A DNA stretch of 64,000 nt from Chiloscyllium plagiosum. Its lineage: Eukaryota. Below are positions 11,827-25,468 of the stretch, piece by piece. A program made the translations under genes and the position numbers. The DNA is taken from NCBI RefSeq assembly GCF_004010195.1, contig NC_057751.1, forward strand, positions 6,352,699-6,416,698. The letters are read 5' to 3'. Positions within the stretch are counted from its first letter, which is position 1. The number at the start of each line of letters is the position of its first letter. The notes beneath the pieces were generated by a model that was not told where the DNA came from, searched no databases, and saw only the letters and a list, made by a program, of their open reading frames with translations.

Positions 11827-12122
11827 TCACATACCAGCATGACAGTGGATGAAATTTAAATTCAATGAATAAAACTGGAAGCTAGTAATGCCAATGATGT
11901 TGACTATGAAACCATCAATGAATATTGTTGAAGGGCCATCTGCTCCACAAGTGCTGGTCAGGGGAAAAAGAAAATTTGCCATCTTGCTCTGCCTAAAGAC
12001 CCATAGCAACATGGTTAACTTTGAATTGAGTTCCAAAACAACTTTGCAAGTCAAGAATAATTATGGATGGGCAACAAGTGTTGACCTTGCTAGTGCCAGC
12101 CACATACCATCAAGGGATAAAA
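11827..12122 (+). mobile_element. Old non-LTR retrotransposon 3' fragments (second LINE family)
   Basis: Ends GATGGGCAACAAGTGTTGACCTTGCTAGTGCCAGCCACATACC, homologous to the ends at 20250 (-), about 35000 and about 38430. Confidence 0.6.
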
Positions 12123-12829
12123 ATGTTTTTCCCCAACTGGAATTTTAACTAGTCTAATTGTCTGTCATTACTCCAGAATGAGTAACCAAAGTTATATGCA
12201 GGTCATAAATGGCAAAGATCTACAGAACCGTTCAGACCTGACTCCCCACTAATTTTTCTGGCACCTCTGCCTTCAATCCTCTCAGAAGATTTCCACCCAA
12301 AAACTTTGCGCTGGGGCTCAGTTGGCAACGAAGGTGTTGCGACTAAACATCAATGCCCTTGCGCATGCACAGTCTGGAATTGTGGTGGTGGCAGGTTCAA
12401 TTGAGAGATTCAAGAGGCCTTTGAATGATTATTTGGATAGAAATAGTGTGCAAGAATACAGTGAAAAGGCAGAGATGGGCAACAGGTCATAGAACTGGAG
12501 CAGGCAGGATGGGCTGAATCGCCTCTGTTTGCATGGTAACTGTTCTGTGATTTGTCAGCCACGGAGCAGTCAGCCAGAGTTCATGTTGCTTGTAATGTAC
12601 AGAAAAACAAGTTTTACTCTTTGAGAAGCCACTGTTACCACCAAGCACTTAAAGTTAGGTGAGATGCAGAGAAGAGTTCTGTGTTTCTGTGATCAACAAT
12701 GAAGACCAGCAGAACCTTCAAAATAAAACTCATTCTGCACAATATTAACCAAATCAGCCAGGCTTTACATCTCTAAAAAAAGGTTGCCAATTTTGTTTCA
12801 GCAAGATTGCCATCAGCAGCTTACTTTTT

Positions 12830-13130
12830 ATAAAACGTATTTAATGTAGCAAAAACATCTCACAGGAGCTATTATTGAACACAATTTGACATTGAGCCAC
12901 AAAAGGAGATATTGGGACAGTTGGCCGGAAGATTTGGTCAAAATGATCGATTTTAACATGTTTAAATGACAGGGAATTGAGATTTGGCAACGATGAGAGG
13001 AGGGAGTTTATGATTGGGGAGCTGAAAGGATTTGTCAAGGGCCAATCAGCTAAATTCAGGATGTGCCAGAGGGTAGAATTGGGTGAGCAGAGATATCTTT
13101 GTGGGTTCTAGGGCTGGATGATTGCCAATT
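12830..13130 (-). mobile_element. L2-like LINE/SINE 3' remnant
   Basis: Reverse-complement similarity to 15430-15775, and similarity to 36090-36430. Confidence 0.5.
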
Positions 13131-14646
13131 TTCTATCAGTGCTGTGCCTATAAAGGGGAAACTCACTTCACAGAGAACTGTAATAACCATGAGACAGTGG
13201 AAACTTTCATCCCATTGGTCTTGGCTACAAGGAATATTTCCAACTCCTCAAATATCTGCATCTGCTCTACGACAGAAATATTGACCTGAGCTGAGAACAG
13301 ATATCCAAACAAGAAGCTTGTTCAGTTGAGTGTTTCAGTTGAACAAAGCCAAAATAATCCTTGTACTTCATCAGAGCTCCACGATTATTGTTGCTGTCTA
13401 ACTCACTGAAGGGATCTGCTATCATTGGCAAGCACAAACCGAAGTTTAAATATTCAGTTTAACTTCATTTCCCCACTATAATGATGGTTCATTGCTTTGA
13501 TGTGGAGTTTTTCCAATGCAATTCAAACATGAAAGGAATGCACTGCATTATAGAAGAAAAGGTATTGCTGATTTCATGGTGTAGAACCTCAAGCTGTATT
13601 GGATTATGTGACAGGATCGGTGCTATGATCAGATTTTTAAATGACTGTAATGTGCATACCACAATGAAGTAATAGATGTGTGGATGTAAATAACTGACAG
13701 CTCATTTATTGAACATTAACAAGATACTTTATTTTGCCATTAGGTTATTATTGATTCTTTCAAAGCCTGCATCAAACAGGTTGATGTTATCTCTCCCTCT
13801 GTCTGCTAACGCAATAACCATAGTGAGTAGTGACTGGCTTACAGTGTAAATAATCTAACAGATCCAGCAACACAGCTCAGCACTGAAAAGAAAGACCCTG
13901 CAGTTCAGTTTAATTAACATTTCATTACTAGATGGAAAATAAATCCTGTTTTGTCCCTTGTTTTTAAAATCGACCAGCTGGACTGCTGTCCTGCCATTTG
14001 ACCTGACTTTGTCAATGGGTGACTGTTGTCAGCCATGAAGGGTATCATAAAGCTGCATTAGTATGAACCCCTCACACCCAACCTTCAGTGATATGCATTT
14101 CCACCACAGTCTGGAGTGGGGCTTGGACCGTGGGGGATGATGCCAATGACATCCAAGATATCCACCTAATGTTCGCCTATCCTGGCCACTGCACCCTACC
14201 CACTGACCCCAGCCTCTCACCCTGCTTAGTCGGGCCTGCCAGCCTGAAACCCTGAATACTGAGACCTGTTCACGTGTGACAGCTGAGACCACAGACTCAG
14301 ATTTCCCTTAATTTGGGCTCCTTTGCCTCTACTGTGTCGACGGACTGCAGTCCCAGCACTGGCCACAACTCCTGGTCGTGTTACTGGGACCAGAGAGCTG
14401 TGAGACATTTAATTGGCTGGCAGCCCTGAGAGATATGATCTTCTCCATTTAAGTTAATGCCCAACACTTTGGCCAAGCAGAGGTGAGATCACTGTTAACA
14501 TATGTAAGGGGGATTAAACCATTAATGTTAAATAAAATTCAGTGTTGAATACATGGATAAAAGGTAATTCATGGTTGGAGGCATTGTTCTTGATGAGGCT
14601 CCTGCTAGTTCATATGTCCATTACAATTCCTGTCCATTGAATACAA

Positions 14647-14725
14647 GACAAAGGAGCAGCACTCCGAAAGCTTGTACTTCCAAATAAACCTGTTGGACTA
14701 TAACATGGTATTGTGTGATTTTTAA
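14647..14725 (+). mobile_element. Tiny PLE terminus (GGAGC-stem family)
   Basis: 12-bp TSD CATTGAATACAA at 14635-14646 and 14726-14737; matches the body of the 39252 and 51526 copies. Confidence 0.8.
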
Positions 14726-15429
14726 CATTGAATACAAAGCAGAGTAGGGAGTTCTTGTCAACATTCATCACAATCCAATAACATGTAATTGGGCCACTAC
14801 CTCATTGTATTTACATTACTTTGCTGTTGACATACGGCTGCTATGTTTACTCAACAACAACAGTTGCAACCTTTCAAAAGTAACTAATTGGCAGTGCATT
14901 GTGATCTTTTGATGGTGTGCAAGATATATAACATTGCAAGGTTTTGTGAAGCAACCTTTCTTGGACTGTGATGTAATTCTCCCTTTTAATCTTTTCAACC
15001 TCAGCCTCAGTGTTCTTACAAAGTGTTATGAAACGTCCTTTGATGTGGAATATGAACTCCGCATATTGCTCTGTAAACCTTTCACTGTGACCTGCCAGGG
15101 GAAAATACTTTCAGAATGCTTAGTTTGAATGCATCTCCTTCAAGATGATTCAGAAAATTAGTTCAGATGCACAATACCAATGGTTTATATTGGAGTTCAT
15201 TGCAGCCAAGATAACGCAGTCAGGTTTGTGGAAACGTTCCAACAAGTTGTGTACCAGCAAAGGCAGACAGGCTGGTCCAGCATTTTGTTACCTCACAGGA
15301 CGGAAAAACAAGTTTCAATAGGATACATGGGATTTTTTCATGTATGAGAAATTTTGTCATCTTGATTTGGGAAGAACAGGCAGGATCGTAAAAATGTATG
15401 CTGTCTGTTTATTAAAAATTCTCTTCCTT

Positions 15430-15775
15430 GTTCTCCAGCCCTTCCGATATCAGTAATCTTATCTAGTCTTATAACCCTCCATTTTAGCTGGGGTGCTCCA
15501 ATTCTGACTTTGTGAAAATCCACAATTTTAATTGCTCCACCACTGATTGCCTGGCTATCATCTGGAATTAACTTCCTAAATCTTTACACTTCTCCAATTT
15601 TCATTGTTTCTCTCAAACCCTGTTTGAAACAGACTTCTTTGATCAACATTTTGGTCATCTGCCTAAATATTGCACATTGCTCAGTGCCACATTTTACATT
15701 TTAACACTCTTCTGTGAAATACCTCGATGTTTTAGTCCATCAAGAACGATATATAAGTGCAACTTGTTATTGTTG
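15430..15775 (+). mobile_element. L2-like 3' remnant
   Basis: Ends ATATAAGTGCAACTTGTTATTGTTG, a typical L2-type tail. Confidence 0.55.
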
Positions 15776-16894
15776 TGAATGTACTATGTTTTGTGCAAGC
15801 AACATCTTTTAACAAGATGAGAATATCACATAGATGTACAAACATGAAGACAGTTTTTTTTCGCAGACTGCTTTCCAAAGCTGACCTTTGTATGTTAACT
15901 TGGAGTCACTTGATTTCCCATTGTCATATCCGGCAGGAAGGTCTGATTGGCATTTAGTATCCGTGCACAATTGACAGAGAGGTAAGATTCTTGGACATTG
16001 CAGACTGGTCTGTGACATAAACCAGTCTTCCATGACTTCAGCTTTATTTTTCCAGCAGCTTATCAAGCAGTTGACATTTAACAACATGCTCCACTTGCAG
16101 GAAGCAAGAAAGAACGATCACATTCCCTGTGTATTTACACAAGAGGGTTCAATCCCTTGCAATACATCCTGTTGCCACAAGATTCCAGTTTTAATATGGA
16201 ACTGAGGATTTCATTTTAACAAGTAGAAATAGGTATTTTAGTGGCCCCTTGATGCTGTTATATCATACAGTGATTATCTCAGTCTCAGGAAAAGACAATT
16301 AGTGCAGTCTTGACAGCTCTAGATGTGAAATTACTATCAGATGCACTGTTCACCTGCTTGAATTGTCAGCTGGATGCTGCAACTGGGGTTAAAGGGTAAT
16401 TGAGAAGACTAGTTAATACCAGACAATGCATGAGTGCCAATTCATTTGTTTAATTTTCTGATGTTCCCCTCCCCTCTGCTTAAATCTCAGATTCTTGCTG
16501 GAAAACGATTCCAAGTAACTGACAGCCCTCTGGTACCTCATGCAAATGACATAACATTAGACTTTATTAAACATAACTCCATGACTGTAAAGCAATTGAT
16601 AGAGGATGCAAAGAGCAGATGTTGTATCTGGATCACGGCAAACCCAGGTTCCAGTTCATGTGATCAGACATCACGATGACATCGTTCCTAGTGGACATGC
16701 TCAGCAGTGACACTCAGTGTAAAAGTGTAATTCGTTTTACTCGACAAAGGATAGATAAGATTTTGGCTTCATGTTTCATCTGAACTTTGGCACTTATAAA
16801 AGTGGAGCGCTTTATCATAATTAGATGAAAACATTGCCCGAGAATTTTGTGTCCACAGCTTTCTAATCAGCAGCAAGAGAGCTATCAACACTAC

Positions 16895-17068
16895 TGCCTG
16901 CAGCAGTAGTGGACTCGTCAACATTAAGGGCATTTAAATGGTCAGTGGATAAACATATGGCTGATAATGGAATAATGTAAGTGAGATGAGCTTTAGATTG
17001 GTTTCACAGGTCAGCGCAACATTGCGGGCTGAAGGGCCTGTACTGCGCTATAATGTTCCATGTTCTAT
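16895..17068 (+). mobile_element. CR1 3' end
   Basis: GGGCTGAAGGGCCTGTACTGCGC stem, TTCCATGTTCTAT tail and a flanking CTATCAA direct repeat. Confidence 0.8.
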
Positions 17069-17274
17069 CAATTGAGTTACAGTTCACAGGCAGGATCTTT
17101 GGGGCAAATGGCAAATCTGGGAACTGTACAAAAGACAAGCATTACAGGATCAGAGTTTATTAAAACTTTAAGCTAATAAAAAACAACAGGTTTCAAAGAG
17201 ATTCAAAACTGAGAATCAGAATCTTTTGTTGTTCAACCATGCACTTTCCAGTACCAGTTATTGAAAGAAGTGGT

Positions 17275-18285
17275 AGATTCATACAGCAGGGAACCAAACC
17301 CTTCAGTCTAACCTATCCATGCCGACCAAATTTCCCAAACTAATGAGTCCCTTTTGCCTGCATTTGAACCATATCCCTCTGCACCTTTCCTATTCATGCA
17401 CCTGTCCAAATTTCTTTTAAATGTTGTAACTATACATGCATCTCACTGCTGCCTCACAGCGCCAGAGACCCGGGTTCAATTCCCGCCTCAGGCGACTGAC
17501 TGTATGGAGTTTGCACATTCTCCCTGTGTCTGCGTGGGTTTCCTCCGGGTGCTCCGGTTTCCTCCCACAGTCCAAAAATGTGCAGATTAGGTGAATTGGC
17601 CACGCTAAATTGCCCGTAGTGTTAGATGTAGGGGTAAATGTAGGGGAATGGGTATGAGTGGGTGTGCTTCGGCAGGTCGGTGTGGACTTGTTGGGCCGAA
17701 GGGCCTGTTTCCACACTGTAAGTAATCTAATCTAATCTAATCTACCACTTCCAATGGCAGTTCATTCCACCAACAAACCACCCTCTGTGTGAAAAACTTG
17801 CTCCTCAGGTCCCTTTTAAATCTTTCTCCTCTCACCTTTAAAATTACGCCGTCTAGTTTTGAACTCCCCTACCCGAGGGAAAAGACCTGTGCTATTCACT
17901 TTATCTGTACCCCTCATGAATTTATAAACCAGTATAAGGTCACCTGTCAAATCCTACACTGCAGTGGAAAAAAAGTCCAGCCTATCCAGCCTCTCCTGAT
18001 AATTCAAATCCTCCAGTCCTGGTGATGTTCCTGAATATCTTGTCTGCACCCTGTCCAATCTAATAATATCCTTTCTATAACAGGGCAACCAGAACTGTAC
18101 ACAGTACTGTAAAAGTGGCCTCACCAGCATCCTGCACAACTGCAACTCCCAGGCTCAAAGGTCTAAGAAATGAAGGCAAGTATTCCAAATACTTTTTTTA
18201 CCATTCTGTCTATCTATGTTGAAACCTTCAAGGAACTATATGCTCGAACTCTGAGGTCTCTCTCTTCAACATTTCCCAGGGCCCT
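17275..18285 (-). mobile_element. CR1 LINE 3' fragment interrupted by an HE1 SINE
   Basis: LVRPLLQYCVQFWLPCYRKDIIRLDRVQ peptide and CR1 3' UTR in reverse. Confidence 0.9.
17443..17743 (+). mobile_element. HE1-type SINE (5'-truncated)
   Basis: B box GGTTCAATTCC, V-domain and (TAATC)n tail. Confidence 0.95.
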
Positions 18286-20239
18286 GCATCAGACACCTGA
18301 CCGAGCTTTATATTCAGTGAAGTGCTCTTTAAGTACAGCCCCTGTAAGTGTTAAGGAAGTGTAGCAGTCAGTGAGTGCACAGCAAGCTCCCACAAACACC
18401 TGTCAGATTAGTGTGCATGTACTTTATTTTAAGGTGTTGAAGGATTAATATTGGCCAGGAGACTGGCTGGTTATTAGGAGTGAAATCCTGACAAATTGTT
18501 CCCACTTGCCAAACAAAAAAAGGTCATGTGTAACTCTCTTCCTTTTCTCTTGCCTGAGCACAGTCAGAGAATTTTATTAATTGCACTTACATCGTGCAGA
18601 CAGCTTTTCAGCAAAATAACTTTCAATTATCTGTAGTCAACTATTGACTGTGTTTCAGAGATCATTGCCCTAGATGCAATCACATTGGTAACATTAAGAA
18701 ATGTTATGCAGTGAAGAACATCGTTAGACCAAAGATAAATACATCTCTTTACATGATTTTATCATTCATCTCCCAGAACTGAGTTACTGAGATTACATCG
18801 TTATGGATGTCTGGTTAAGCTTATTATTTTAAATTTCCTTTTCATAACAGAAGCTGGTATCTTTGTTACACTCAATCACAACATTTACCCTTGTATTCTG
18901 TCCAATACCATTCACCTATTTGTTTGTTCTTCAGCTGGCACTGAATTACAGAGCCTGTAAAATTAAAATACTTCCTTTTGTTTTCAAACCATATCCAAGA
19001 CTACAGCTCACTCAAATCTAATTTCTTCACCATTTCTAATTTCCAATATCCGTGCTCAACTTCAAACCTTAACTACAGTTAGTGGTTGCCTTTGGCACCT
19101 TGCTATTCATTCTAAAACAGTTCTCACTTTTCATCTCACTGCCTTCCTTGACACAATCAAACTCCTGCAACTGACCTTTGAACATCTCCTTGACTCCTCC
19201 CTCCGTGTCTTACATTAAACTTTCAATGTCTCAAAGGAAGCTAAGAGGTTGTCAGCCCCTTGAACCAGTTCACCTGTTCTTAAAAGTATAGCATCAGTGC
19301 TTCATTCCCGTTTATCTGCCTTCACTCCAATCCCATGAAATCCTTATGCAAGAAACAAAGGTTCATAGAATATGTGAGATGAAAAAAAAATCTGTTGTTA
19401 ATGTAATTTTTGTTGCATTGCTCAAAGTGAAGAAGTTGCAATCATGTGTAGTGCCTTGTTGCTTGGCAACTCCTTCCCTGTTGCTTTGACAGATAGTCAT
19501 AAATACTTGATTGCGCAGCTCTGGATTTGAGTAATTGACTGCAACCCCTGATAATGTCAAACTTATACAACCAGACACATGTGCGAAAGTGGTAAACTAT
19601 GGACCATCAGTTTTCAGCTTCTATCATCTGATTTCAATACCTTAGATGTTCAAGGACTGAAATGATTTCAAACAAAGGAAAAAACACAGAGAGTTTAACA
19701 TGGCTGCAGTTCTCATCTGACAGGTTTGAGCCGAGCTCATGAAATCAATGTTTGATTTGCATCTGCTGGAAGTTTCACTTTTTTGAATGGAAGTCGCCTA
19801 CACGTTACCCAGTTTTAAAAAGAAAGCTATCCCAGATATGGGAATACAGATGCAAACTGTATTTTGGCAATACAGCTCTCTGGCACAGCAGAGATGTAAA
19901 ATGGATTTGTAACACAGAAGTGGAAGATGCTTTCTCCCTCCCTGCCTGTTTCCCCTCAGCTCTTAATAAACAGTGTCTGGTGGTTAAGCAATTTGGAAAA
20001 TGGAGATCTCGAAACTTACCAAATTTTGCCAGTGGTGAGGATACATGGAAACCATTAAACAACCATAGTCCTTCGTTCAAATGTAAGCCTCATGCACTCA
20101 AAAGACTTTGTTAAAAATTGTGCATTTTTGATATTACTTTTGTTATCAGTCAGTCTCTCCTTTTAAATTTTATTCTGGTGTTTGAATGTGTTTCATGTCA
20201 CATTTTGATATTTTTCTTTGGGGTTCCTAATTACTAACC

Positions 20240-23200
20240 TTTTTTTACACTTGTGGGATGTGGGTTTTGCTGGCTGGCCAGCATTTATTGCCCAGTTGCT
20301 CTTGAGAAGGTGTGATGAGCTGCCTTCTGGAACTGCAGCAGTACACATGTTGTGGGTGGATTCACAATGCTGTTCGGAAGGGAGTTCCAGGATTTTGACC
20401 CAGTGACAGCAAATGAATGGTGATATATTTCCAAGTCAGAGTACTGAGTGGCTTGGCAGAGACCTTTCAGGTCACAGAGTTCTGATTTCTCTGCTGATCC
20501 TTCAAGATGTAAATGGTCGTGCATTTTTAAGGTGCTGTCTCAGGATCTTTGGTGAATTTCTGAAGTGTATCTTGTAGATAGCACAGACTGCTGCTACTGT
20601 AGATGATAGAAGGAATGTATGCTTCCAGATGTGGTGTCAATCAATTGGACTGCTTTGTCCTGGATGGTGTCAAGCTTCTTGAGTGTTGTTGGAGCTGCAC
20701 TCATCCAGACAAGTGTATTTCATCACACTCCTGACTTTTATATCTTGTAGATGGTGGACAGGTGTTTGGAGGAGGGGGTAGAGGGAGAGTGACTTGACTC
20801 AATATTCTTAAACCATGGACATGCTGTTGTATTTATATTGTGTATCCAGCTGTGTTTCTGCTCAATAGTGACCCCAAGGATGTTATGAGTGGGGGATTCA
20901 GTGATTGTATCACCCAAGGGTGTAAAGAGGAAGTGTTAGATTGTCTCTTGCTGGAGATGGTCATTGCCTGGCATTTATGTGGTGTGAATGTTACTTGCCA
21001 CTTGTCAGTCCAAGCCTGGATATCGTCCAGATAGAAACAGAGTCATAGAGATGCACAATGTGGAAAAAGACCCTTCAGTCCAACTGATCCATGCCATCCA
21101 GATATCCGAACCTAATCTAGTCCCATTTGCCAGCACTTGGCCCATGTTCCTCTAAACCATACCTATTCATAAACCCATCCAGATGCCTTTTAAGTGTTAT
21201 AATTGAACCAGCCTCCATCATTTCCTCTGACAGCTCATTCCATACACGCACCACCCTCTGCCTGAAACGGTTGCTCCTGAGGTCCCTTTTAAATTTTTCC
21301 CCTCTAGTTCTGGACTCACCCACCCCAGGGAAAAAAAACTTGTCTTTTTACTCTATCCATGCTCTTCATGATTTTATAAACCTCTATAAGGTCACCCCTC
21401 AGCCTCCAACATTCCAGGGAAAAACAGCCCCAGCCTATTCAGCCTCTCCCTGTAGCTCCAACCCTGGCAACATCCTTGTAACTCTTTTCTGAACCCTTTC
21501 AAGTTTCACAACATCCTTCTGATAGGAGGAAGACCAGAATTGCACACAATATTCCAAAAGTGGCCCAATCAATGTCCTGTACAGCTGCAACATGACCTCC
21601 CAACGTCTACACTCTATGCTCTATCCAATAAAAGAAACGTACCAAATGCCTTCTTTACTATCCTATCTACCTATGACTCCACTTTTAAGGAACAATGAAC
21701 CTCCACTCCCCAGGACCTTACCAATAAGTGTATAAGTCCTGCACTGATTTGCCTTTCCAAAATACAACATTCTACATTTATCTAAATTAAACTCCATCTG
21801 CCACTTCTTGGCCCATTGGCCCATCTGATCAAGATCCCATTGTACTCTGAGGTAACCTTATTTGCTGTCCACCACACCTCCAATTTGGTGCCATCTGCAA
21901 AATTACTAACTATAACTCCTATGTTCATGTCCAAATCATTTATATAAATGATAAAAAGCAGTGGACCCAGTATTGATCCTTGTGGCACACCACTGCTCAT
22001 TGGCCTCCAGTCTGAAAATCAACCCTTCACCACCACGATTTGTCTTCTATCTTTAACCTAGTTCTGTATCCAACTGGCAAATTCTCCCTGTATTCCATGA
22101 GATCTAAGCTTGCTAAACAGTCTACCATGCGGAACTTTGTCAAATGCCTTACTGAAGTCCATGTAGATCATGTCCACCACTCTGCCATCGTCAATCCTCT
22201 TCGTTACTTCTTCAAAAAACTCAATTGAGTTTGTGAGACATGATTTCTCATGCACAAAGCCATATTGAATATCCCTAATCAATCCTTGCCCTTCCAAATG
22301 CATGTAAATCCTGTCCCTCAGAATTCCCTCCAATGACTTGCCCACCACTGATGTCAGACTCACTAATCTATAGTTTCCTGGCTTGTCCTGACCACCCTTC
22401 TTAAACAGTGGCACCACGTTAGCCAACCTCCAGTCTTCTGGCATGTCACCTGTGACTATCGATGATACAAATATCTCAGCACTCACTTCCCCAGCTTTCC
22501 ACAGAATCTGAGGGTATAGTTGATTAGGTGTATTCACTTTTATGCATTTTAAGATATCCAGTACCTCTTTCTCTGCAATATGGACATTTTTTTAAAGATG
22601 TCATCATCTATTTTCCTGCATTCTATATCTTCCATGTCCTTCTCCACAGGAAACACTGAGGCAAAACACTCATTTAGTATCTTCCCCATCTTGTGCGGTT
22701 CCACACATAGGCTGCCTTGCCAATCTTTGAGCTGCCTTGCTGATCTTTGAGGGGCTCTATTCTCTCCCTTGTTACTCTTTCATCCTTATTATATTTATAA
22801 AATCCTTTTGGATTCTCCTTCACCCTATTTGCCCAAATTATCTCATGTCCCCTTTTACCCTTCTACTTTACCTTTTAAGTGTACTTCTACTGCCATAATA
22901 ATCTTCTGAGGATTCACTCAATCTCTCCTGTCTATATCTGACATATGCTTCCTTCTTTTTCTGAACCAAGCCCTCAATTTCTCTCGTTATCCAGCATTCC
23001 ATACACTGACCAGTCTTGCCCTTTACACTAACAGGAATATACTGTCTCTGGGCTCTGCTTATCTCATTTTTGAAGGCTTCCCATTTTCCAGTCATTCCTT
23101 TACCTGTGAACATCTGTCCCCAGTCACCTTTTGAAAGTTCTTGCCTAATACTGTCAAAATTGGCCTTTCTCTAATTTAGAACTTCAACTTTTAGTTCCAG

Positions 23201-23580
23201 TCTGTTCTTTACTATCACTTTTAAAAAATCTAATAGAATTATCTTGTGGTATTTGAACATTGATTGCTTTAGTATCTAAGGAGTCATGAATGGTGTTGAG
23301 AATTGTGCAATCATTGGTGAGCGTCACCATTTCTCGAGGGAAGTTCATTAATGAAGCAGCTGAACATGGCTGGGCTGAGGACATTACACCTGAAGAACTT
23401 ATGTAGAAATGTCCTGGAGCTGAGATGACCAACCTCCAATGGCCACAACCATCCTCCTGTGTGCCAGGTTGATTCCAACCAGTGGAGAGTCTTCCCCATC
23501 GCTCCCATTGAAACCAAATTTGATAGTGCTCCTGATGCCACACTCAGTCGAATGTAGTCTTGATGTCAAGGGCAGTCACA
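20240..23580 (-). mobile_element. Second-family LINE 3' region (about 20240-21030 and 23240-23580) split by a CR1 insertion
   Basis: Sequence continues colinearly across the CR1; RT-like VLSPAMFSCFINELPS motif in the right-hand piece. Confidence 0.75.
21038..23230 (-). mobile_element. CR1/HER1 LINE, about 2.2 kb, 5'-truncated and internally deleted
   Basis: PEDWRLANVVPLFKKG...YMDFSKAFDKVPHGRL and [24 protein letters not shown] motifs, plus 3' UTR. Confidence 0.97.
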
Positions 23581-23604
23581 AAGTAAAACCTTGTGAGTAG
23601 TATC

Positions 23605-24459
23605 TGTTATGATCCCAATAATAAAAATATCCCAGCTGTGACGCATTTTTCTTTTGGGTTTTAACAAAGTGATCTTTCTCTGAATCAGATGTACACAATG
23701 ATGTTCATTTGATTTCAACAATTAAACACTAGTTTATGAAGCAAAAGAAATGAAGATAAAATTGAATAACCAAAATTATGACTTGTAACACAAGTTTAAA
23801 TGTTTTGAAACACACAGTACAACACACTTCTATTAATTCTAACAGCTCTCTTTTATGATACTCAAATCAGAAAGCATTTGCCTCTCAAACAACTCTGTGA
23901 GGGCTGAATTCACCGGTGGCTTCAATTCCCAGTATTGAGAGTCTGATAACTCCTTAACTTGAATGTTCACACAACTTGACTTTAGAGTTTCTCACCTTTT
24001 ACATAATCCTTCAAGGATTTAACCAAACACTTATGGTCTGGAACTTATAGTTAAGTGCTTTATACTGAGGTGGTCTGTTTCTTTCTATTCCAAACTATCT
24101 CTTTTTCTCGGGAGTAACTGACTTACGTATCCAAGTTTTTGTAAATCTGTCACATCCAAAAGGCTTTTTTCAAGTTGCAGTCATTTTTCCAAAATCAGTA
24201 CAAAAAGTTCTGTATCCTTCTATCTGAAACCTGAAGCACATCACTATATATTCTGTTCACTGTTAAGACTTTACCAATCTAAACAAAACCCCATTAGCCT
24301 CCAAGAACCTGCCTCTTCATACTGATTTAAAAAAAACTCATCATGGCTGCAGAAATGTCTCTCAGTTCGTTGTTAAACTTCTTTAACAGAGGCATAGAAA
24401 ACCCACATGCTATTCATTCAAAATCAGTTAATGCATTTTGAAATCAGACACTTGTCACA
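23605..24459 (-). mobile_element. 3' LTR of the Gmr1-like Gypsy element
   Basis: TG...CA termini (TGTTAT at 23605, GTCACA ending 24459). A purine-rich AGGGATGG tract lies just upstream on the minus strand, downstream of the RNase H relic. Confidence 0.65.
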
Positions 24460-24968
24460 CCATCCCTGAAGAAGAGTACAAGTATGTCATTTTCCTAACC
24501 TATCAAAAGTTATCATAATAGTCTTGCTTTGTCACATTACCAGCAACAACATATTGAAACGGAACATACACGGCAATCTTATTCTACGGAATCCAAAGGC
24601 ACTGTATCGCTCAATGTCTTTCACATGTGCTCTTGATAATATCTGGAACATCAGGTTTTTACTGGGCACCTGAACAATTTTCAAATAACCTGGTCAGAGA
24701 GGAAAGCTCCACCAAAACAACTTTAAGTTCTTGTTCCAAAACGTTTGGAATAAAATTGAAGGATTGTGATATGTATAAATCACAGTTTCTTCTACTTCAT
24801 GATGTTGAGCTAACACAGGACACAATGTCTCTCTTTGCTTCAACAGTTGAATATTTTTGCCGACCTACAGCTTCTTTCAAAAGTTACTGATGAGCCAGTC
24901 AATCCCCATTTTGCAACCTTGCAGTAAACCAGCCTCCATACCACTGTCACAGTCATCAACAGCCAGTT

Positions 24969-25468
24969 NNNNNNNNNNNNNNNNNNNNNNNNNNNNNNNN
25001 NNNNNNNNNNNNNNNNNNNNNNNNNNNNNNNNNNNNNNNNNNNNNNNNNNNNNNNNNNNNNNNNNNNNNNNNNNNNNNNNNNNNNNNNNNNNNNNNNNNN
25101 NNNNNNNNNNNNNNNNNNNNNNNNNNNNNNNNNNNNNNNNNNNNNNNNNNNNNNNNNNNNNNNNNNNNNNNNNNNNNNNNNNNNNNNNNNNNNNNNNNNN
25201 NNNNNNNNNNNNNNNNNNNNNNNNNNNNNNNNNNNNNNNNNNNNNNNNNNNNNNNNNNNNNNNNNNNNNNNNNNNNNNNNNNNNNNNNNNNNNNNNNNNN
25301 NNNNNNNNNNNNNNNNNNNNNNNNNNNNNNNNNNNNNNNNNNNNNNNNNNNNNNNNNNNNNNNNNNNNNNNNNNNNNNNNNNNNNNNNNNNNNNNNNNNN
25401 NNNNNNNNNNNNNNNNNNNNNNNNNNNNNNNNNNNNNNNNNNNNNNNNNNNNNNNNNNNNNNNNNNNN
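24969..25468. other. Assembly gap (500 N)
   Basis: Run of N. Confidence 1.
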
